64,000 nt of DNA from assembly GCA_965601925.1 (NCBI GenBank), contig OZ271854.1, positions 1,792,001 to 1,856,000 of the forward strand, given 5' to 3'. This document shows positions 29,099-38,955 of this stretch, one piece after another. The notes below the pieces were generated by a model that was given only the letters and a program-made list of their open reading frames with translations, was not told the origin of the DNA and searched no databases. A program made the position numbers and the translations under genes. Each line of letters opens with the position of its first letter. The first letter of the stretch is position 1. The DNA comes from Alkalispirochaeta sp. Lineage in GTDB: Bacteria > Spirochaetota > Spirochaetia > DSM-27196 > Alkalispirochaetaceae.

Positions 29099-30757
29099 AT
29101 GGGCGACGGTACGCTGTTGAGTCGTCTCGGAGAGATATCCCTACTTTGGAAGACTCCGCGCGACCGTTCGTCTCACCGCCTGAACTCGGACCTCGCCGAC
29201 CATTTGCGCGTTCCGGATCTTCTCGAGGCCATCACCACCAAGCCGCGAATTCGTCGAACCATCGAGTCGATCCTGGCCGAACCGTACGCGGATTCGGGAC
29301 GTCATGACGAGACGGTCCGACGGACCCTCAGGGCGCGACGCCGGAACATCATCGAGGACTTCGTGAAACACGATGAGTTGTGCGCGGTCACTCGCACCCT
29401 CGGTGAGCGCGTCTCCGAGATATCGATGCACGGCGAGAACGACCGCGATCGCGATCTTCTTTCGCTGGCCCGGCGTCTCGGCGATCTTACATTGGTGGTC
29501 GAGATCGTTCAGGAGCTTCGCGATGTGCTCAGTCGGTGCGGCGACACGCTGGCGTCGCAGGCGCTGCGCGACATCAGGCGCACTCTCACCGCTGCAGACG
29601 ACGACGCCCAATTTGCGCGCCTCGTCGAGGAGCTGCCGGCGATGCGCGCCGGGGTGCGTGAGCGACGGAGTGTAACGATCGGCGTCAACCTCGACGACAG
29701 ATTGCGCCCCCGCGAGGCGGTTCTCCTCTCGATCAACGACTCCGAGTACGGTGTGCGGGGATCGTTCGATCGTATCGGAGAGGCGTTGTTCGGCGCCGAC
29801 AATCCGTATCGTGTCCGTACCGGGCTCCACAGAAACGCGCCGCCCGCCGATTGGCGCGCCGGAGATCCTGCGGCCGGCGGGTCGCGAACCGGCGACCCGG
29901 ATCGATTTCCCCTCGCGCCGCTCTTTCGCGACTTGGACGATCTCATTACCGACCTTACGCGACCGCTGGCGCGCGCCCTCAAGCGCTTCAACACGCTGCA
30001 GACCGGTATTCTCGCCGGCATAGTCGGTGAGCTCGAAGTTTATGCTGCGCTGGCGGAGACGATCGGTCGCCTCAGACGCGACGGGTTGCCGGTCTGCTTC
30101 GCCGAATACGGTGAGGGATGCGTCGCTCGGGAGCTCTACGATCCGGTCCTGGCACTCGGCCGACGCGGTGTCGACGTTCGGACCAACGACGTCGAGCTCT
30201 TTCGGCGTGCGAATGCCGTGGTGCTGACCGGGCCCAACGACGGAGGCAAGACGACGTTTTTGCGCGCCGTGGGGCTGGCGCATCTGTTGGCGGAGGCGGG
30301 GTTCTTCGTACCGGCCGCTTCGGCCGTCATTACGCCGGGCATCACGTTGTCGAGCCATTTTGCCGGCGGCGAGCGTCAAGGCCTTGAGGCGGGTCGGTTC
30401 GCCGGCGAGGCGGCAGACGTCGGTGAGCTTCTGGAGTCGTGCAATGCAGAAAGCCTCGTACTCCTGAACGAGACCTTTTCTTCGACCGGCGTCTCCGACG
30501 CGCTGGAGTTGGCCCGGGACACTCTTACCGTCATTACTCGCCGGGGAGGGAGGGTGTTGTTCGCTACCCACCTACACGACCTGCCCTCTCGGATGAACGG
30601 AGATGCACGACCGGGGGAGGATGGCGTTGTCGAGAGCGTGACGATCCGTCCGGATCAGTTGTATCGCATCGTTCCGGGGCTGCCGGACGGACGGAGCCTT
30701 GCGCGCGGCGTCGCTCGAAAAGCGGGGCTTGACTTCGACCGATTACTCTCGTCGTGA
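29099..30757 (+). CDS. MutS-related ATPase (domain V only)
   Basis: 'LTGPNDGGKTTFLR', 'GRFAGE', 'LLNETFSST', 'FATHLH'; no mismatch-binding domain I. Confidence 0.82.
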   Translation: MGDGTLLSRLGEISLLWKTPRDRSSHRLNSDLADHLRVPDLLEAITTKPRIRRTIESILAEPYADSGRHDETVRRTLRARRRNIIEDFVKHDELCAVTRTLGERVSEISMHGENDRDRDLLSLARRLGDLTLVVEIVQELRDVLSRCGDTLASQALRDIRRTLTAADDDAQFARLVEELPAMRAGVRERRSVTIGVNLDDRLRPREAVLLSINDSEYGVRGSFDRIGEALFGADNPYRVRTGLHRNAPPADWRAGDPAAGGSRTGDPDRFPLAPLFRDLDDLITDLTRPLARALKRFNTLQTGILAGIVGELEVYAALAETIGRLRRDGLPVCFAEYGEGCVARELYDPVLALGRRGVDVRTNDVELFRRANAVVLTGPNDGGKTTFLRAVGLAHLLAEAGFFVPAASAVITPGITLSSHFAGGERQGLEAGRFAGEAADVGELLESCNAESLVLLNETFSSTGVSDALELARDTLTVITRRGGRVLFATHLHDLPSRMNGDARPGEDGVVESVTIRPDQLYRIVPGLPDGRSLARGVARKAGLDFDRLLSS

Positions 30758-30761
30758 CGAG

Positions 30762-31115
30762 TCAGTACAGACGCCCGCCGTCGGGCACCTCACCGTCGGG
30801 CCCGATCAGTACGACCGAGCCGTCGTCGGCGGGAAGTCCGAGAGTCAGGAACTCGGACTTGAATCCGGCGATCCGTTTCGGCGGCACATTGGTAAGCGCG
30901 AGTATTTGACGCCCCACTAATCCTTCCGCGTCATAGCGGTCGGTTATCTGTGCGCTCGACCACCGCACGTCGCCTCCTCCGAAGTCTACGCGCAGTTTCA
31001 TCGCGGGAACGCGCGCTTCCTGAAACGGCAACGCGTCCACAACGGTGCCGACGCGTATCTCCGCGGCCTGGAACGCCGACCATCCATCGAGAGGTTCCGC
31101 CGGCTCGCCTCCCAC
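30762..31115 (-). CDS. csaA: CsaA-like tRNA-binding protein/chaperone
   Basis: 'IRVGTV', 'SSAQIT', 'NVPPKRIAGFKSEFLTLG'. Confidence 0.88.
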   Translation of the reverse strand: MGGEPAEPLDGWSAFQAAEIRVGTVVDALPFQEARVPAMKLRVDFGGGDVRWSSAQITDRYDAEGLVGRQILALTNVPPKRIAGFKSEFLTLGLPADDGSVVLIGPDGEVPDGGRLY

Positions 31116-32209
31116 TACAACGCCTCGACCTTTGCGGCAATCCGGCGGCCCATCTCCTCGGTTCCGATCACGGCATCTCCTTTACCGGCAATGTCCCGTG
31201 TGCGGTATCCTTCATCCAAGACCTCGCCGATTGAGGCGAAAATCGCGTCGTAGGAGTCGTCCATACCGAAGCTGTACTTGAGCATCATCGCCGCCGACAG
31301 GATTTGAGCGATCGGATTGGCGATTCCCTGCCCGGCGATGTCCGGGGCGCTTCCGCCCGACGGTTCGTAGAGGCCGAAGCTGCCGTCGGCGAGGCTGGCC
31401 GAGGGGAGCATGCCGAGGCTGCCGGTCAGCATTGCCGCCTCGTCGGAGAGGATGTCTCCGAACATATTGCCGGCGAGAATCACGTCGAACTGGCGCGGAT
31501 CGCGTACCAGTTGCATCGCCGCGTTATCCACGTACATGTGGGTCAGATCGACATCGGGATACCGCGATGCGACCTCCGTCACGACTTCGCGCCAAAATAC
31601 CATCGATGTAAGAACATTTGCCTTGTCGATCGAACACACGCGACCCTGCTTGCCGCGCGCGCGCGATCGCGCCGTGGCGAAGGCGACTTCGGCTATGCGC
31701 TCGATTTCGCTCCTATGGTAGACCAGCGTGTCGAAGGCGCGCGGATCGTCGCCCTCTTCACGTCCCTTCGGCGCGCCGAAGTAAATGCCTCCGGTCAACT
31801 CGCGCACGACGATGATATCCAATCCGCCCTCCAGCGACTCGGATCGCAGAGGAGATGCGTCGATCAGTTGAGGAAAGACGATCGCCGGGCGCAGATTGGC
31901 AAAGAGCCCGAATGTTTTGCGCAGCGGCAGGAGGGCGCCGCGTTCCGGTTGTTCGGCCGGCGGAAGCGACTCCCACTTCGGCCCGCCGACCGAACCGAAG
32001 AGAATCGCGTCGCTGCGGCGGCAGAGCGCTACGGTCTCCTCGGGGAGGGCCGTGCCGTGGCGGTCGATTGCGGCGCCGCCCACATCCGCCGTCTCGATCG
32101 TAAAAGTCCGTCTCGATTTGCGTTCGACGACCGAGAGGACCGCTCGCGCCTGCTCCATCACCTCCGGGCCGATTCCATCGCCGGCCAGTACCGCGATCGT
32201 GTTGCTCAT
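31115..32209 (-). CDS. leuB: 3-isopropylmalate dehydrogenase
   Basis: 'GDGIGPEV', '[10 protein letters not shown]', 'DKANVL', '[11 protein letters not shown]', 'GSAPDIAG'. Start at ATG 32209. Confidence 0.96.
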   Translation of the reverse strand: MSNTIAVLAGDGIGPEVMEQARAVLSVVERKSRRTFTIETADVGGAAIDRHGTALPEETVALCRRSDAILFGSVGGPKWESLPPAEQPERGALLPLRKTFGLFANLRPAIVFPQLIDASPLRSESLEGGLDIIVVRELTGGIYFGAPKGREEGDDPRAFDTLVYHRSEIERIAEVAFATARSRARGKQGRVCSIDKANVLTSMVFWREVVTEVASRYPDVDLTHMYVDNAAMQLVRDPRQFDVILAGNMFGDILSDEAAMLTGSLGMLPSASLADGSFGLYEPSGGSAPDIAGQGIANPIAQILSAAMMLKYSFGMDDSYDAIFASIGEVLDEGYRTRDIAGKGDAVIGTEEMGRRIAAKVEAL

Positions 32210-32315
32210 GGCCGCATCGTATCGCTCAGTCGCTCCTTGGACAAGCCGCGGCACGGGCGCAGCCGCAGCCGCAATGTATGGCCGCGAGACGGGACAAAGC
32301 GGTATGCTCTGAATC

Positions 32316-33047
32316 GTGGAAACACGACGCTATCGACACGTTCTCATAGACGCGGACAATACGATCCTCAACTTTGCGGTGTGCGAAAAGCGCATACTGG
32401 AAGCGATGGCTCTCGAGTTCGGTTTCATGCCGGTTACCAAGGAGGGGGTCGATCTCACCACGGCGTATCGCGAGATAAACGCCGAACTCTGGAGGCAACT
32501 CGAGGAGGGGGAGATCGGGCCGGATGAGCTCAAGATCGAGCGGTTTCGTCGGCTGGTTCGGATTCTCGACTTCAGCGCGATTTCACGGCCGGTGGAGCCG
32601 GAGTTCCTCAATCGACAGTTCATCGCGCGACTAAGTCGGTGCGGCGAAGTGGTGCCGACCTCACCGCAGGTCCTACGCGCCATCGCGCCGGTCGTCGTGG
32701 TAACGAACGGGTTTGCCGATGTGCAGCGACCGCGGTTAGATGCGAGCGGTCTCGGTCCGTACACGAGCGACGTCATCATTTCCGAGGAGATCGGAGCGGC
32801 CAAGCCGCAACGTGCGTTCTTCGACCACGTATTGGCCCGCCTGGGCGATGCCGATCCCGCCGAGTGTATCATGATCGGCGATTCTTTGAGCTCCGACATC
32901 GTCGGCGGTAATAGAGCGGGAATTGACACCGTATGGCTCGACCGCAGCGCCATGCTCGGCGAGACGCCGCCGGAGGTCACCGGAGAGCGTCGTCCGACGT
33001 GGCGCATCACGCGTCTCGTGCAGTTGAAAGAGATCATTTTGTCGTAG
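32316..33047 (+). CDS. YjjG-like HAD nucleotidase
   Basis: 'DADNT', 'TNG', 'SEEIGAAKP', '[11 protein letters not shown]'. Confidence 0.88.
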   Translation: METRRYRHVLIDADNTILNFAVCEKRILEAMALEFGFMPVTKEGVDLTTAYREINAELWRQLEEGEIGPDELKIERFRRLVRILDFSAISRPVEPEFLNRQFIARLSRCGEVVPTSPQVLRAIAPVVVVTNGFADVQRPRLDASGLGPYTSDVIISEEIGAAKPQRAFFDHVLARLGDADPAECIMIGDSLSSDIVGGNRAGIDTVWLDRSAMLGETPPEVTGERRPTWRITRLVQLKEIILS

Positions 33048-33129
33048 CGCTCGGTCGCGTACGCGTTTTGCCACGCTCGTCCCCGGCGTGCTACAATGCG
33101 GCTACATTCGACGAGGAGGACCGTTCCAC

Positions 33130-35100
33130 ATGGATAACAAGGCGATAGAAGCCGTTGCGCTCTCGGTGCGCACATTGACGATAGATGCCGTACAGGCCGC
33201 CAACTCCGGACATCCCGGCATGCCGATGGGACTCGCCGAGTTGGGCGCGCTGCTCTACGGTGAGATTCTCAAACATAATCCCGCCGATCCCGCGTGGCCC
33301 GACCGCGATCGGTTCATCCTCTCGGCGGGGCACGGCTCGATGTTTCTCTACAGTCTTCTGCACTTAGCCGGCTATGACTTGTCGCTTTCGGAGATCAAGC
33401 AGTTTCGCCAGGTGGGAAGTAAGACTCCCGGACACCCCGAGTTCGGCCACACCGTCGGCGTCGAGACGACGACGGGCCCCCTCGGCCAAGGACTTACCAA
33501 CGCGGTCGGCTTTGCTATCGCCGAGCGCATGCTCGCCGCGCGCTTCAATACCGGCGAACATACGGTCGTCGACCACCATACCTACGTCATCGCCGGCGAC
33601 GGGTGTCTCATGGAGGGTATCACCTCCGAAGCGAGCTCCCTGGCCGGTCACCTCGGCCTCGGTAAGCTTATCGTTTTTTACGACAGCAATCGCATCTCGA
33701 TAGAGGGCTCGACCGAGCTCGCCTTTACCGAGGACGTTGCGGCGCGTTACCGCGCCTACGGGTGGCAGGTGCTCGAGGGTAATGCGTACGACCCCGATTC
33801 GATTCGGCGTCTCGTCGCCGACGCCAAGGCAGACACGGAGCGCCCTTCGATGATCATTCTCGATTCCGTCATCGGTAAGGGATCACCGAACAAGGCGGGC
33901 ACCCACGGCGTGCACGGCGCGGCTCTCGGCGACGACGAGGTCGCTCTGACCAAACAACGGCTGGGCGTCGACGCACAGACGATGTTCCATATCGAACCCG
34001 CCGCCGCGAGTTTTTTCACCGATCGTAGGGCCGAGCTTGCGAAGGAGCAGAGCGCGTGGCAAAGCACCTTCGACGCGTGGGCGGCGGCCAATCCGGGGCT
34101 CCTCGCCCAATGGCAGGAGTCGGTCGAGGGCGGATACAAGCGCGTGCTCAAGGACATCGGTATGCCGTCGTACGCCGTGGGCGACAAAGTCGCGACCCGC
34201 AAGGCGAGCGGCGGTGCACTCCAGGCGATCGCCAAGATGTTGCCTCACGTCGTAGGCGGTTCCGCGGATCTTGCGCCCTCCAACAACACGGCGCTTCCCG
34301 AGTACGGTGACTTCGGTCCCGACAATCCCGGCGGACGGACGCTGCACTTCGGAGTGCGCGAGTTCGGTATGGCGGCGATCGGAAACGGTATGGCGCTCCA
34401 CGGCGGCTTGCGGCCGTTCGTGGCAACCTTCCTCGTCTTCGCCGACTATCTGAGGCCGGCCATACGCCTCTCGGCGTTGATGCAGACGCCGGTCGTCTAC
34501 ATTTTGACCCACGACTCAGTCTATCTCGGCGAGGACGGGCCGACCCATCAGCCGATCGAGCATTTGGCGGTATTGCGGGCCATTCCGGGCTTGCGCGTCC
34601 TGCGTCCCGCCGACGCCGAAGAGACCAATGAAGCGTGGCTCATGGCCCTGGAACACGACGGGCCGACCGTTTTGGCCCTTACCCGTCAGGGATTGCCGAC
34701 GCTGGCCAAGGCGGACACGAACTGGCGGAGCTCCATTCGCAAAGGCGCCTATGTCGTCTCCGATGCCGAGGATCCGGAGGTGATCGTGGTAGCGAGCGGA
34801 AGCGAAGTCTCTCTCGCACACGAGGCGGTCGAAGCGAGCGGGCGACGGTGCCGCATCGTCTCGATGATGAGTCGTGAGCTGTTCGAGTCCCAGGACGCCG
34901 CGTGGCGTGAGACGGTGCTTCCGAGCGGCGTGCCGGTGGTGGTCGCCGAGGCGGGGATTCGCCAAGGATGGGAGCGCCACGCTGCACGTGAATTGATACT
35001 GTCGATCGACCGTTTCGGTGCCAGCGGACCGGGCGCACGGGTCGCGGAACACCTCGGATTTACCGCAGAACGTCTGGCCGGCTTGATCCGTTCGGCATAA
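33130..35100 (+). CDS. tkt: Transketolase
   Basis: 'SGHPG', '[10 protein letters not shown]', 'GDGCLMEG', 'GEDGPTHQP'. GAGGAGG RBS. Confidence 0.97.
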   Translation: MDNKAIEAVALSVRTLTIDAVQAANSGHPGMPMGLAELGALLYGEILKHNPADPAWPDRDRFILSAGHGSMFLYSLLHLAGYDLSLSEIKQFRQVGSKTPGHPEFGHTVGVETTTGPLGQGLTNAVGFAIAERMLAARFNTGEHTVVDHHTYVIAGDGCLMEGITSEASSLAGHLGLGKLIVFYDSNRISIEGSTELAFTEDVAARYRAYGWQVLEGNAYDPDSIRRLVADAKADTERPSMIILDSVIGKGSPNKAGTHGVHGAALGDDEVALTKQRLGVDAQTMFHIEPAAASFFTDRRAELAKEQSAWQSTFDAWAAANPGLLAQWQESVEGGYKRVLKDIGMPSYAVGDKVATRKASGGALQAIAKMLPHVVGGSADLAPSNNTALPEYGDFGPDNPGGRTLHFGVREFGMAAIGNGMALHGGLRPFVATFLVFADYLRPAIRLSALMQTPVVYILTHDSVYLGEDGPTHQPIEHLAVLRAIPGLRVLRPADAEETNEAWLMALEHDGPTVLALTRQGLPTLAKADTNWRSSIRKGAYVVSDAEDPEVIVVASGSEVSLAHEAVEASGRRCRIVSMMSRELFESQDAAWRETVLPSGVPVVVAEAGIRQGWERHAARELILSIDRFGASGPGARVAEHLGFTAERLAGLIRSA

Positions 35101-35167
35101 TCGACTGAGTCGCCGCGGCGTACGACGCGGCGATAGACGGGTAGGAACATTGCACCGGAGGCGAGAT

Positions 35168-36709
35168 ATGGCACGATACGCGCTTGGGTTTGACGTCGGA
35201 AGCTCCTCCATCAAGGCGAGCTTGGTAGATATCGACACCGGCTCGCGCGTCGCCTCCGCCGGCGCGCCGGCGACAGAGATGCCGATCAGCGCCCCGCGCT
35301 CGGATTGGGCGGAGCAGGACCCGGCGATGTGGTGGCGCTACATGGTGGAGACCACCCGGGCGCTCGCGAGGGACGTCGACCTCGCCTCGGTCGTCTCGGT
35401 CGGGATCTCCTACCAAATGCACGGTCTGGTCGCCGTGAATCGTGCCGGCGAGCCGCTACGTCCCGCCATCATCTGGTGCGACAGTCGCGCCGTACCGTAT
35501 GGCGAAGCGGCCTTCCGGGCGTTGGGAGGCGCAGCGCAGGTACTTCCCCGTCTGCTCAACTCGCCGGGTAATTTCACCGCCGCAAAGCTGGCGTGGGTCA
35601 AGGAACACGAGCCCGAACTATACGCCGATATCTGGAAGATCATGCTTCCCGGTGACTATCTGGCCTTTCGGATGACCGGCGAGCCGATCACCACCGCGAG
35701 CGGCCTCTCGGAGGGAATCTTCTGGGATTTCAATGACGACGCTCCGGCGCAATTTCTTCTCGACCACTTCGGCTTCGATGCGGATGTACTTCCGGAGGCC
35801 AAAGAGAGTTTCGGCGACCATGGACGCGTTACCAGGGCCGCCGCCGCCGAGCTCGGTATTCCGGCCGGCATTCCCGTTGCGTACCGCGCCGGCGATCAAC
35901 CGAATAACGCGCTCTCGCTCAACGTGTTGAACCCCGGGGAGATTGCAGCCACCGCCGGCACCTCCGGCGTTATCTACGGCGTCGTGGATCGTCCGGTGTG
36001 GGACGAAAAGAGTCGCGTCAACACGTTTCTGCATGTGAACCACCGCGCCGACCGAAAACGGTACGGTGTGCTCCAGGTCCTGAACGGTACCGGTATTCTC
36101 AACCGCTGGATCCGCGAAAACGCGATCGATCCGCTTCCTCCGATCGACTGTACCGTCCCGCCTGCCGAGGAAATCTCCCGCGTTTCTTACGAGCGTCTGA
36201 ACGATCTTGCCGACTTGGCGCCGGTGGGCAGCGACGGTTTGGTCTTTTTACCCTTCGGGAACGGCGCCGAACGGATATTGGAGAACGAGAACTACGGCGC
36301 AAGCCTTCACGGCCTCAACTTCAACATCCACGATCGGCGCCATTTGGTGCGGGCGGCGCAAGAGGGGATCGTCTTCGCCCTCGGTTACGGTCTGGAAATC
36401 ATGCGCGACATCGGTATGTCCGTCGATACGGTGCGTGCCGGATACGCGAATATGTTCCTGAGCCCTCTCTTTCGACGCGCCTTTGCCACGGTGAGCGGAG
36501 CGGTGGTGGAGCTTTACAATACCGACGGAAGCGAGGGCGCCGCCCGTGGGGGTGCCTACGGCGCCGGGCTCTACGACGACCTTCATGATGCGTTCGCCGG
36601 CCTCGATCTACGCGAGACGATCGAACCCGACGCATCGGTCGAGACGGAGTACCGCGACGGCTACGACCACTGGCTATCGGTACTCCGGAGCGTCGTCGGC
36701 GATCGGTAG
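35168..36709 (+). CDS. xylB: Xylulokinase-like FGGY kinase
   Basis: 'FDVGSSSIK', 'YQMHG', 'IIWCDSR', 'AGDQPN', 'AGTSG'. Substrate inferred. Confidence 0.78.
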   Translation: MARYALGFDVGSSSIKASLVDIDTGSRVASAGAPATEMPISAPRSDWAEQDPAMWWRYMVETTRALARDVDLASVVSVGISYQMHGLVAVNRAGEPLRPAIIWCDSRAVPYGEAAFRALGGAAQVLPRLLNSPGNFTAAKLAWVKEHEPELYADIWKIMLPGDYLAFRMTGEPITTASGLSEGIFWDFNDDAPAQFLLDHFGFDADVLPEAKESFGDHGRVTRAAAAELGIPAGIPVAYRAGDQPNNALSLNVLNPGEIAATAGTSGVIYGVVDRPVWDEKSRVNTFLHVNHRADRKRYGVLQVLNGTGILNRWIRENAIDPLPPIDCTVPPAEEISRVSYERLNDLADLAPVGSDGLVFLPFGNGAERILENENYGASLHGLNFNIHDRRHLVRAAQEGIVFALGYGLEIMRDIGMSVDTVRAGYANMFLSPLFRRAFATVSGAVVELYNTDGSEGAARGGAYGAGLYDDLHDAFAGLDLRETIEPDASVETEYRDGYDHWLSVLRSVVGDR

Positions 36710-36722
36710 CGCCGGCGCACCT

Positions 36723-38072
36723 TTACGGTTTATACGACGAGAGATAGTGTGGAAACTCATCTTCGTGAATCGGTCGACTGAAGAAAAAGCCCTGATAGTA
36801 GTCGCAGCCCTCTTCCATCAGCACCGCGTATTGCGTCTCCGTCTCGATTCCTTCGGCTAACGTCGACATGTTCATGCTGCGCGCCATGGCGATGATCGTA
36901 CCGACGATGTCTCGACTGCGTTTGTTCTCGTGGACCGTGTCGACGAACTCGCGCGCAATTTTGATCGTATCGACGGGCAGTTCCCGCAAGTACGACAGGG
37001 ACGAGTATCCCGTTCCGAAGTCGTCGATCATGATCCGGATACCCCGGGAGCGAAGAAGGGCGAGTTTCTCGATCACCGAGTGCGCCTCTTTCACGATCGC
37101 CGTTTCGGTCAACTCCAAGCGAATCGTTTCGGGCTCCGCACCCGAAGCATCTATGATTCCCAAGACGCGGTCGACGAAGTCGGGCTGTTGTAACTGTCTC
37201 CCGGACACGTTGACCGAAACGATCGGAATCTCGAATCCCTCTCGGCGCCACGCGTTGAGATGATCGCAGGTGTGGAAGAGCACCCACAGTCCGATGATCT
37301 CAATGTGGCCGTACTCCTCCGCGATGGGAATGAACTCGCCCGGCGAGACCATTCCGAGGGCCGGGTGGTGCCATCGCAGAAGCGACTCGGCGCCATGGAG
37401 CGACGTATCGCGACCGACGATCGGTTGAAATGCGATGTGGTATTGGTCGAGCCCTTCTTGGATCGACTCGTTGAGCGCCCGCTGGATGCGATAGACTCGC
37501 CGTCGCTGGTGCCCCATGTCCGAGTCGTATATGATCGTTCCGCCCGATTGTTGCTCGGCAACGCCGAGAGCGATCTCCGCATTTGCCAGGAGGGCGGCGC
37601 TCGTCTCTCCGTGGTCGGGATACAACGATAGTCCGATGAAACAACCCAGGCGTGTATTGGCCGCCGGATACTCGTGTGGGCGTGCGACCTCCGCCCCGAT
37701 TCGCTCTCCGAGTCCCGTAAGGTCGTCGAGTTGCCACTCCCGATCCAACAGTACGATAAACTCATCGAGTCGCAGAGATTGGTAGATACCGCCGGGTATC
37801 ACCGCCTGGAGACGCTGGCCGGTTACGAACAGAAGCGCGTGCGCGAGCTCGCTACTGTGCCTGAACTCGGTGTAACGGTGGTCCAAGCGTACGAGACCCA
37901 CGGCGAATTGTCGTTTCGGCGCCTCCTCGAGGAGTGAGAACAGTCTTTTTTCAAAGGAGCGGCGCACCGGCAACCCCGTGTATTGATCGTGGTCGACCAA
38001 TGTGCGAAGTACGGCCAGCTCTTCGGTTACCCGGTGAAGACGCTCCTCACAACCGGGAGTTTCCTCGTGCAT
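36723..38072 (-). CDS. Degenerate-GGDEF/EAL c-di-GMP phosphodiesterase
   Basis: GGDEF reads 'RLDEF'. The EAL domain has 'ESLLRW', 'ELTE', 'DDFGTGYSSL', 'AEGIE'. Confidence 0.88.
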   Translation of the reverse strand: MHEETPGCEERLHRVTEELAVLRTLVDHDQYTGLPVRRSFEKRLFSLLEEAPKRQFAVGLVRLDHRYTEFRHSSELAHALLFVTGQRLQAVIPGGIYQSLRLDEFIVLLDREWQLDDLTGLGERIGAEVARPHEYPAANTRLGCFIGLSLYPDHGETSAALLANAEIALGVAEQQSGGTIIYDSDMGHQRRRVYRIQRALNESIQEGLDQYHIAFQPIVGRDTSLHGAESLLRWHHPALGMVSPGEFIPIAEEYGHIEIIGLWVLFHTCDHLNAWRREGFEIPIVSVNVSGRQLQQPDFVDRVLGIIDASGAEPETIRLELTETAIVKEAHSVIEKLALLRSRGIRIMIDDFGTGYSSLSYLRELPVDTIKIAREFVDTVHENKRSRDIVGTIIAMARSMNMSTLAEGIETETQYAVLMEEGCDYYQGFFFSRPIHEDEFPHYLSSYKP

Positions 38073-38139
38073 CTGATACAGACTGTATAGAATTTCTCGT
38101 CCGAGATATCAAGTAACGTCGACGACGCACCGCAGCGTA

Positions 38140-38955
38140 TCAGCGTACTTGATTGCTGTCGGTGTGAAATTGTTCGGCTGCGAGGGAGCCGAAACTCGAC
38201 GCCTCAGCCGGCGTCACGTTGAGGCGTGACCACTGGCCGTAGTACCACGACAGCGCCTCGCCCGTTTTGGCGACGCTCGATACCGGTCGCGCGGAAAACT
38301 CCGAGACGGCGCAGTTGGTCGCCAGTATGAGGGGCATCCACGGAATGGGAGCCTCCGGCACGGCGCCGAAGCTCGTCTTGAAGATCCATTGCAGCATTCC
38401 GCCGTGTGTGACCACCATGACGCGTATGGGCGAATCGACGGTCTCGGACGACTCCGATCGCTCCCGCGCAACGGCGTTGGCGTGGTCGACCACGGCCTCC
38501 CACGTAGCCAGAGCGCGGCCGGTGAGGGATGCGACGCTTTCGGCATCGCGGACCGCCTCCCAACTACCGACGATGAACTCGGCGTACTCCTCGGGGTACC
38601 GCTCTTTGATATCGCCGAGCGACAGACCGGTAAACATCCCCGTATCGAGCTCCTTGGCCGCCTCGAGCGGTTGTGGGCTCGCATACTCCGCCGCCTCGGT
38701 AATGATTCGTGCAGTCTCCATCGCGCGCGATAACGGCGAAGAGAAAACCCGATCCATCGCAACGCGCTCGTCGGCAAACCACCGCCCGGTGGTGTGAGCC
38801 TGCCGCCTGCCGAGGGCGGTGAGGACGTGGTCGCGGTGCCCCTGCATTTTCCCGGCTGCGTTGCCTTCGGACTCGCCGTGCCGTACGAAATAAAAGACGG
38901 TCGGAGACTGCAGACCGGTCATGATCTCGTGAAAACTCTTCATCGATGCGCTCAA
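38140..38955 (-). CDS. Histidine phosphatase (phosphoglycerate mutase) family
   Basis: 'VRHGES', 'SSPLSRA', 'VTHGG'. Confidence 0.9.
   Translation of the reverse strand: MSASMKSFHEIMTGLQSPTVFYFVRHGESEGNAAGKMQGHRDHVLTALGRRQAHTTGRWFADERVAMDRVFSSPLSRAMETARIITEAAEYASPQPLEAAKELDTGMFTGLSLGDIKERYPEEYAEFIVGSWEAVRDAESVASLTGRALATWEAVVDHANAVARERSESSETVDSPIRVMVVTHGGMLQWIFKTSFGAVPEAPIPWMPLILATNCAVSEFSARPVSSVAKTGEALSWYYGQWSRLNVTPAEASSFGSLAAEQFHTDSNQVR

Noticed and set aside
29141..30571. Long antisense/alternate-frame ORFs (e.g. 29141-30571 minus, 31304-32527 plus, 55560-56843 minus, 56755-57873 minus)
   Set aside because: They overlap well-supported genes, are Arg/Gly-rich and have no motifs; typical shadow ORFs of high-GC DNA.
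35110..35135. Hairpin between tkt and xylB as a terminator or REP
   Set aside because: No U-tract and no second copy noticed.
36723..38072. Active diguanylate cyclase
   Set aside because: The GGDEF motif is RLDEF; only the EAL half looks functional, which is a common arrangement.
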